Positions 57,830-64,000 of a stretch of DNA of 64,000 nt are shown here, piece by piece (the first letter of the stretch is position 1; each line of letters begins with the position of its first letter). The notes under the pieces were generated by a model. The model saw nothing but the letters and a program-made list of their open reading frames with translations, was not told the origin of the DNA and made no database searches. This stretch comes from Octopus vulgaris (lineage: Eukaryota). The stretch covers positions 150,908,001 through 150,972,000 of the forward strand of contig OX597817.1 in NCBI GenBank assembly GCA_951406725.2. Direction: 5' to 3'. Both the position numbers and the translations under genes were made by a program.

Positions 57830-58173
57830 GGGTAAAGACCCCCTTCGGTCATGAATGACCATGGGATTGCACCTAGAAAGTTACCCTCCTAGACACAAGT
57901 CCGGGCAAGGTTGTTTTATGGAAGACCAGCAGTCGCCCATGCATACCAGCCTCCCCTCTCCACGCCACCAGTGTTATCCAAGGGAAAGACAAAGGGCGAT
58001 ACAGCTTGGCACCAGTGACGTTGCAACTCATTTCTACAGCTGAGTGAACTGGAGCAACGTGAAATAAAGTGCCTTGCTCAAGAACACAACACGCAGCCCG
58101 GTCCGGGATTCGAGCTCACAACCTCACGATCGTAAGCTCGATGCTCTAACCACTGAGCCATGCGCCTTCACTA
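57830..58173 (-). mobile_element. tRNA-derived SINE (related head, body type 3)
   Basis: GAAGGCGCATGGCTCAGTGGTTAGAGC head; 12-bp TSD GTATATTTGTAA (57818-57829, 58174-58185). Confidence 0.88.
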
Positions 58174-58367
58174 GTATATTTGTAACCGAACTAAAATACA
58201 ATCCACAGGTCGAAAGGAAGATTGACTAGAATGTTAACTTTATTAATATGACATCTCCCAGCTCTATTTTGATTTCCACTCAACAGTTCTTATAAATGTT
58301 TCTTTATTGATCAGTTCATGTTTGTCACTGATGTGTATGTATGTGTGTGCATATATATATATATGTA

Positions 58368-58873
58368 CTAGCAGTATCGCCCGGCGTTGCTCGGGTTTGT
58401 AAGGGAAATAACTATATAAGCATTTTTAGAGTTACTTCCCTTATAGATGCCAATTCGGGCTTTCTTAGCCATTTCTGTTTTGGTGTCTTCAAGCCATGAA
58501 GTCGTTGTTCTAAAAGAACGCTGGTCTCCTTGACAACGCTTTACGACGTTGATTTCCTTACACTCCCTTCCCCACAGCTTCACGAGGGAGGGAAGAAGGG
58601 GGAGAAGCAAACAGGTGCAGGTGTGACCATGGACGCCAACTTCGCCGCCATCGACACGAAAAATTATGCATTAAAATGGAATAAAAAATGATGTTAAATT
58701 ATTTTTAAAATCGTAGACTCATCGTAGACGCGCGCTAATACTCAGACGGGCTCGATATGAATCACGACTATAAGATACCCGAATTTGGTTAAACTGCACC
58801 GCAAAATGTGGGAGTAGTTAGGAATCTAAATCGAATGGGACAGACACTCACACAACTACAGTTTTATATATAT

Positions 58874-58876
<3 letters not shown>
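58368..58876 (-). mobile_element. Non-autonomous Helitron
   Basis: Minus strand reads A|TCTATATATATAAAAC ... CCCGAGCAACGCCGGG hairpin - CGATACTG-CTAG|T: canonical 5'-TC, 3'-CTAG, A|T target, no TSD; CpG-rich interior. Confidence 0.82.
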
Positions 58877-58916
<40 letters not shown>

Positions 58917-59672
58917 CACACACACACACACACACACGTGTGTATGTATGTGTATGCATAAGTATGTATGTAGGTGTGTGTGTGTAAATATATATATATC
59001 TTCCACTTGTTTCAGTCACTGGACTGCGGCCATGGTGGAGCACTGCTTTTGAAGGGTTTAGTCGAACAAATGGACTTCAATACTTATGCTTTCGGTCTCT
59101 ACTGCTGAATGAATAAATTACAGGGTTGTAAACAAGTACCTTGGATTGCAGAACGACCTGGATTGTAGGGTGACCTGCTGTGCTTGAGGAGACCTATTGA
59201 GTCAAGTACATCAACATCAAAATAAATATCAAATGGAAATTGTTGTTGTGATACCTGTGCCGGTGGCACGTAAAAAGCACCATCCAGACGTGACCGTTGC
59301 CAGCACTGCCTCGACTGGCTTCTGTGCTGGTGCCACGTAAAAAGCACCAACCAATTGTGAGCGCTTCCAGCCTCCCCTGACACCTGTGCCGGTGGCACGT
59401 AACAAGCATCCACTACACTCACGGAGTGGTTGGCGTTAGGAAGGGCATCGAGCTGTAAAAACAGTCAGATCAGACTGGAGCATGGTGCAGCCTCCTGGCT
59501 TCCCAAACCCCGGTCGAACCGTCCAACCCGTGCTAGCACGGAAAACGGACGTTAAACGATGATGATGATGATTGTGAAGCAGGGATGATTCTCTCTCTCT
59601 CTATCTATCTAATATATATCCTCTCCCGTATAATGTGGAATACAAGATAGCTGGTCAGTCTGCTATAACACC

Positions 59673-60222
59673 AATTAATCCATGGTACTCATAATGAAAT
59701 TACCCAAAGCAAGCCAGTGTAATCTGGATAATAAATCTGAAGAAAATATCAGGAACTTGTACTACAGAATCAGACATTCAGATACGATCACAAGATGTCC
59801 AGTGAACACGAAGTCCACAACAGCCAAGTGAATCGTATAAGATAAAAGGGATTATATACTATAGCACAAGGGAAAATTAATAACTTTAATCATGAACTAG
59901 GACCTAAGAAACTTTTATTGAAACGATATCAATCATCGTTAACCGTAATTAATCCATGGTATCATATGAAATTACCAAAGCAAGCAGTGTAATCTGGAAG
60001 AAAATATCAGAACTTTACACAGAATCAGACATTCAGATACGATCACAAGATGTCCAGTGAACACGAAGTCCACAACAGCCAAGCTGAATCGTATAAGATA
60101 AAAGGGATTATATACTATACGCACAAGGGAAAATTAATAACTTTAAATCATGAACTCAGGACCTTGCCTTGGGTAAGAAACTTCTTTATTGAAACGATAT
60201 CAATAAACCATCGTTAACCGTA
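59673..60222. repeat. Tandem duplication of ~274 bp
   Basis: Units start at 59673 and 59947 (AATTAATCCATGGTA) and differ almost only by small indels. Confidence 0.92.
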
Positions 60223-62406
60223 AATTTGCCTTTAAGCTACAAATTGTGTGCCAACAGATGAAAGAAAACATCTCTTAGATCATTTTGGTCTCAGGCCTGG
60301 AATTAAAAGGATTCCAGCTATAATATATATATATCATGGTTGAATACAATCAGGAAGGAATATTGTAGAAACATCAACAGTGAGGAATACAACTATTGAT
60401 TCGTAAATGTTCAGTAAATCTGTGGTGGAAAGCAGAATAATGAGAAAATAGTTGGATACTGAATGTCACTCGCACGTATGGCTAAGTAAACTATGGAAGG
60501 CCAAAATCGACATCAAACTGGTATATTGTTTTCATTTTGTAACCACGATTGAAAACATTGATTATGTCACATCTGTGACAATATTACATAAGATTAGTAG
60601 ATGCTTCGAAATATCAAGGTTATACCTTCGTAAGTAGCATGACGTTACTAAAACAATAGGTATTGTGAAGGTATGGCTACGTGGTTAAAAAGCTTGCTTT
60701 GTAACCATGCGATTTTAGGCTCAGTCCAACTGTGTGACGCCTAGGGTAAGTGTCTTCTTATATAGCCCTAGGCTGACGAGGACATTGAAAACTATGGAAG
60801 CCTGGGCGGAACTGTGTGATTGTATATATATTTCTTTACTGCCCACAAGGGGATAAACAAAGACAAACAAAGGGATTAAGTCGATTATATCGAAACTGGT
60901 ACTTTATTTATCGACCCCGAAAGGATGAAAGGCAAAGTCGACCTCGGCGGAATTTGAACTCAGAACGTAACGACAGACGAAATACGGCTACGCATTTCGC
61001 CCAGCGCGCTAACGATTCTGCCAGCTCGCCCCCTTGTGTGATTGTATATAATCACTCTATTGAACCCCTAGTGTGAAACCGATTGGTAAGATCGGCCAGA
61101 ATGGATATATGTATAATACACTTTGATTAATGTGTGTGTGTGTTTTTGTGCTTGTCACCAGCATTGACAACCAGTGTTGGTTTGTTTATATCCCTGTAAT
61201 TCAGCAGTTCAGCAAAAGACCAACAGAAGATATACCAAGCTAAATAAGTACTGGAATTAGTTTGGTTGATTAAACCCTTTAACAGGATGCCCTGCATGGC
61301 TGCAGTCCAATGACTGAAACAAGCAAAACGAAAAAAAAAAAAAAAATAAAAAGAACGTTATCTGAAAATTACCTTGGGATAAATATTGGTTTCAAATATT
61401 GGCACAAGGCCAGCAAGTTCAGAGGAGAGATAAATCAATTACATTGACTCCAGTGCTCAACTTGTGCTTATTTTATCAACCCCAAAAGGATGAAAGGCAA
61501 AGTTGACCTCGGCAGAATTTGAATGGAGAACAATAATGGACAAAACGCTGCTAAGCATTTTGCCCAGCTTGCTAACGTTTCTTATTTCTTTATTGCCCAC
61601 AAAAGGCTAAACATAGAGGGGACAAACAAGGACAGACAAAAGGATTAAGTCAATTACATCACCCTCAGTGCATAACTACTACTTAATTTATCAACCCCGA
61701 AAGGATGAAAGGCAAAGTCAACCTCGGCTGAATTTAAACTCAGAGTGTAAAGACAGACGAAATTCCGTTAAGCATTTTGCCTGGCGTGCTAACGTTTCTG
61801 CCATTTTGCCACCTTAACCTTGGGATAAATATTAGAAACATTTTTGACATTTAGGACATCCAAATGTTTTAAGACAAAGAATACTGGAAGAAAATCCTTT
61901 CATAGAATGTTTGGAACAGGAAATAAAAGTCCAGCAGATGTTAAGATTTCATTCAAAATCAGAGCGGAAAGAACATTTAAAGACAACTGCCTTAAAACAT
62001 AAAACTTCCCCACCCAGATTATACAATTACATAATTATCAACACACTTGGTTAAGTTACTAAATTATAGGGGCAATAATCTTTAAGAGTTGGAGTTTTCA
62101 GGCAAATAAAATAATGAGCATTTAACATATATTCCAGAAATCTGATATAAGTGGGACAATAAAAATATGCAAAGCATTTTTAAAGTTCAGCATGTAACTA
62201 CTATAGTGTAAATTCAAACAGAGTTATATTTCTTAGAAGAATTTATATATTAATTCTTTGAACTCATTCTTTCAAAAGAGGCTAGCTTTATATAAAATGT
62301 AAAGGAGTAAGGATTTGGAATCCAGGCAAGAACTTTATTAGCATTCTGATATAATCCAGATCTGGCTAACCACATCAATGATAGGGAACATACAGAATTA
62401 AGATAA

Positions 62407-62970
62407 GTGCAGGAGTGGCTGTGAGGTAAGTAGCTTATTACTTACCAACCACATGGTTCCGGGTTCAGTCCTACTGCGTGGCACTTTGGGCAGGTGTCTT
62501 CTACTATAGACTCGGGCCGACCAAAGTCTTGTGAGTGGATTTGGTACACGGAAACTGAAAGAAGCCTGTCGTATATATATATATATATGTATATATATAT
62601 GTGTTAAGCATATATATATTGCCGGTAAAGGTTTTAGCTGCCAATTCTGTACAAGACATTGTAGATCTTTAGCTGGGCTAAAAAGTCACATTTGATCACA
62701 GCAGCAATAACAGTTAAGCTTCATACAATGGCCATACTCAATAACGAGGGAGCAGCCATCATATGTATGTGTGTAAATGTTTGTCCCCCCAACATCACTT
62801 GACAACTGATGCTGGTGTGTTCACGTCCACCTAAACTAAGTGGTTTGTCAAAAAGAGACAGATAAAATAAGTACTAGGCTTACAAAGAATAAGTCCTGGG
62901 GTCGATTTGCTCAACTAAAAGGCAGTGCTCCAGCATGGCCGCAGTCAAATGACTGAAACTAGTAAAAGAG
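62407..62970 (+). mobile_element. SINE family B with an internal ~140-bp insert
   Basis: Head GCAGGAGTGGCTGTG, tail CAGTCAAATGACTGAAAC; unrelated segment ~62620-62760 inside the TA tract. Confidence 0.82.
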
Positions 62971-64000
62971 TAATTATACCATCTTGATTACACACTTTGT
63001 ATGTTTTTATGAAGTCTTTGTGTGTGTGTGTGTGTGTACGTGTGTAAAGAGATATTTGGAAAATGTAGATGATCACCTCAGTCATCACTCACGTGAAGTC
63101 CAGGCTAGAAGGAGTGTACAGTAAAGGAAAACAATCAGGTAAAACCAAAGCATTCCACACATTCTCACTACAACATTCTAAGCCTCTCCCACCAACAGCA
63201 TTTATAACCATGTGCAAAGTGTATTATACCATTTGAATGACATGACAGAATCTTCTTTAATATCACACAAACTTGCATAATCATTGCTTGTGTATGTTTC
63301 AACATATTAAACAATTCATTTATCTCACCTGTTATTGATATGATTCATCATCATCATCATCGTTTAACGTCCGTTTTCCATGCTAGCATGGGTTGGACGG
63401 TTCGACTGGGGTCTGAGAAGCCAGGAGGCTGCACCAGGCTCCAGTGCGATCTGGCAGTGTTTCTACAGCTGGATGCCCTTACTAATGCCAACCACTCTGA
63501 GTGTAGTGGGTGCTTTTTACATGCCACTGGCACAGGGGCCAAAGGAGGCTGGCAAATGCCCATGATAGGTTGGTACTTTTTACGTGTCACCGACACGGAT
63601 GCCAGTCAGGCGGCACTGGTATCGGCCACGTTCGGATGGTGCTTTTTACATGCCGGGGCTAAACATAGAGGAGACAAACAAGGACAGGCAATGGGATTGT
63701 TGATTACATCGACCCCAGTGTGTAACTGGTACTTAATTTATCAACTCCGAAGGATGAAAGGCAAAGTCGACCTTGGCAGAATTTGAACTCAGAACATAAT
63801 GGCAGATGAAATACCGCTAAGCATTTCGCCCGGTGTGCTAACGTTTCTGCCAGCTTTCCGCCTGGTAGGAATTTCTGACCCTGAACCCATGCCAGCATGG
63901 ACAACAAGTGTTAAATGATGATGGTGAGTGTTCAGTTACTCTCTAAACTAAACTACTAAGGTCACTGAATTAATGTTTAAGTGGATCAGTATTCCACAGA

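Noticed and set aside
60772-60800. CTGACGA...GAAA motif
   Set aside because: No stem II or III; derives from decayed family B SINE sequence

Overview
AT-rich, CpG-poor, repeat-dense eukaryotic DNA. The SINE repertoire suggests a coleoid cephalopod, probably Octopus (inference). I can support one protein-coding gene: a minus-strand, multi-exon F-box/WD40 (SCF substrate receptor-like) gene. Twelve coding exons between 34789 and 2858 splice in frame with GT-AG junctions (1851 nt, 617 aa). They encode a long low-complexity N-terminus, a D-domain-like helix, an F-box and six WD40 repeats; the last exon probably lies left of base 1. A likely non-coding first exon and CpG-richer promoter lie at about 36.4-38.1 kb. 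I recognise no convincing coding exon in 38-64 kb. The rest is transposon-derived: CR1-clade LINE fragments, RTE remnants, a decayed mariner, hAT and piggyBac MITEs, a non-autonomous Helitron, at least four SINE families, and mini/microsatellites. The most notable unexplained structure is in the last visible intron: two head-to-head palindromes whose arms carry Penelope-type hammerhead ribozyme cores, bracketing a LINE insertion. All calls are from manual reading; no searches or folding programs were run.
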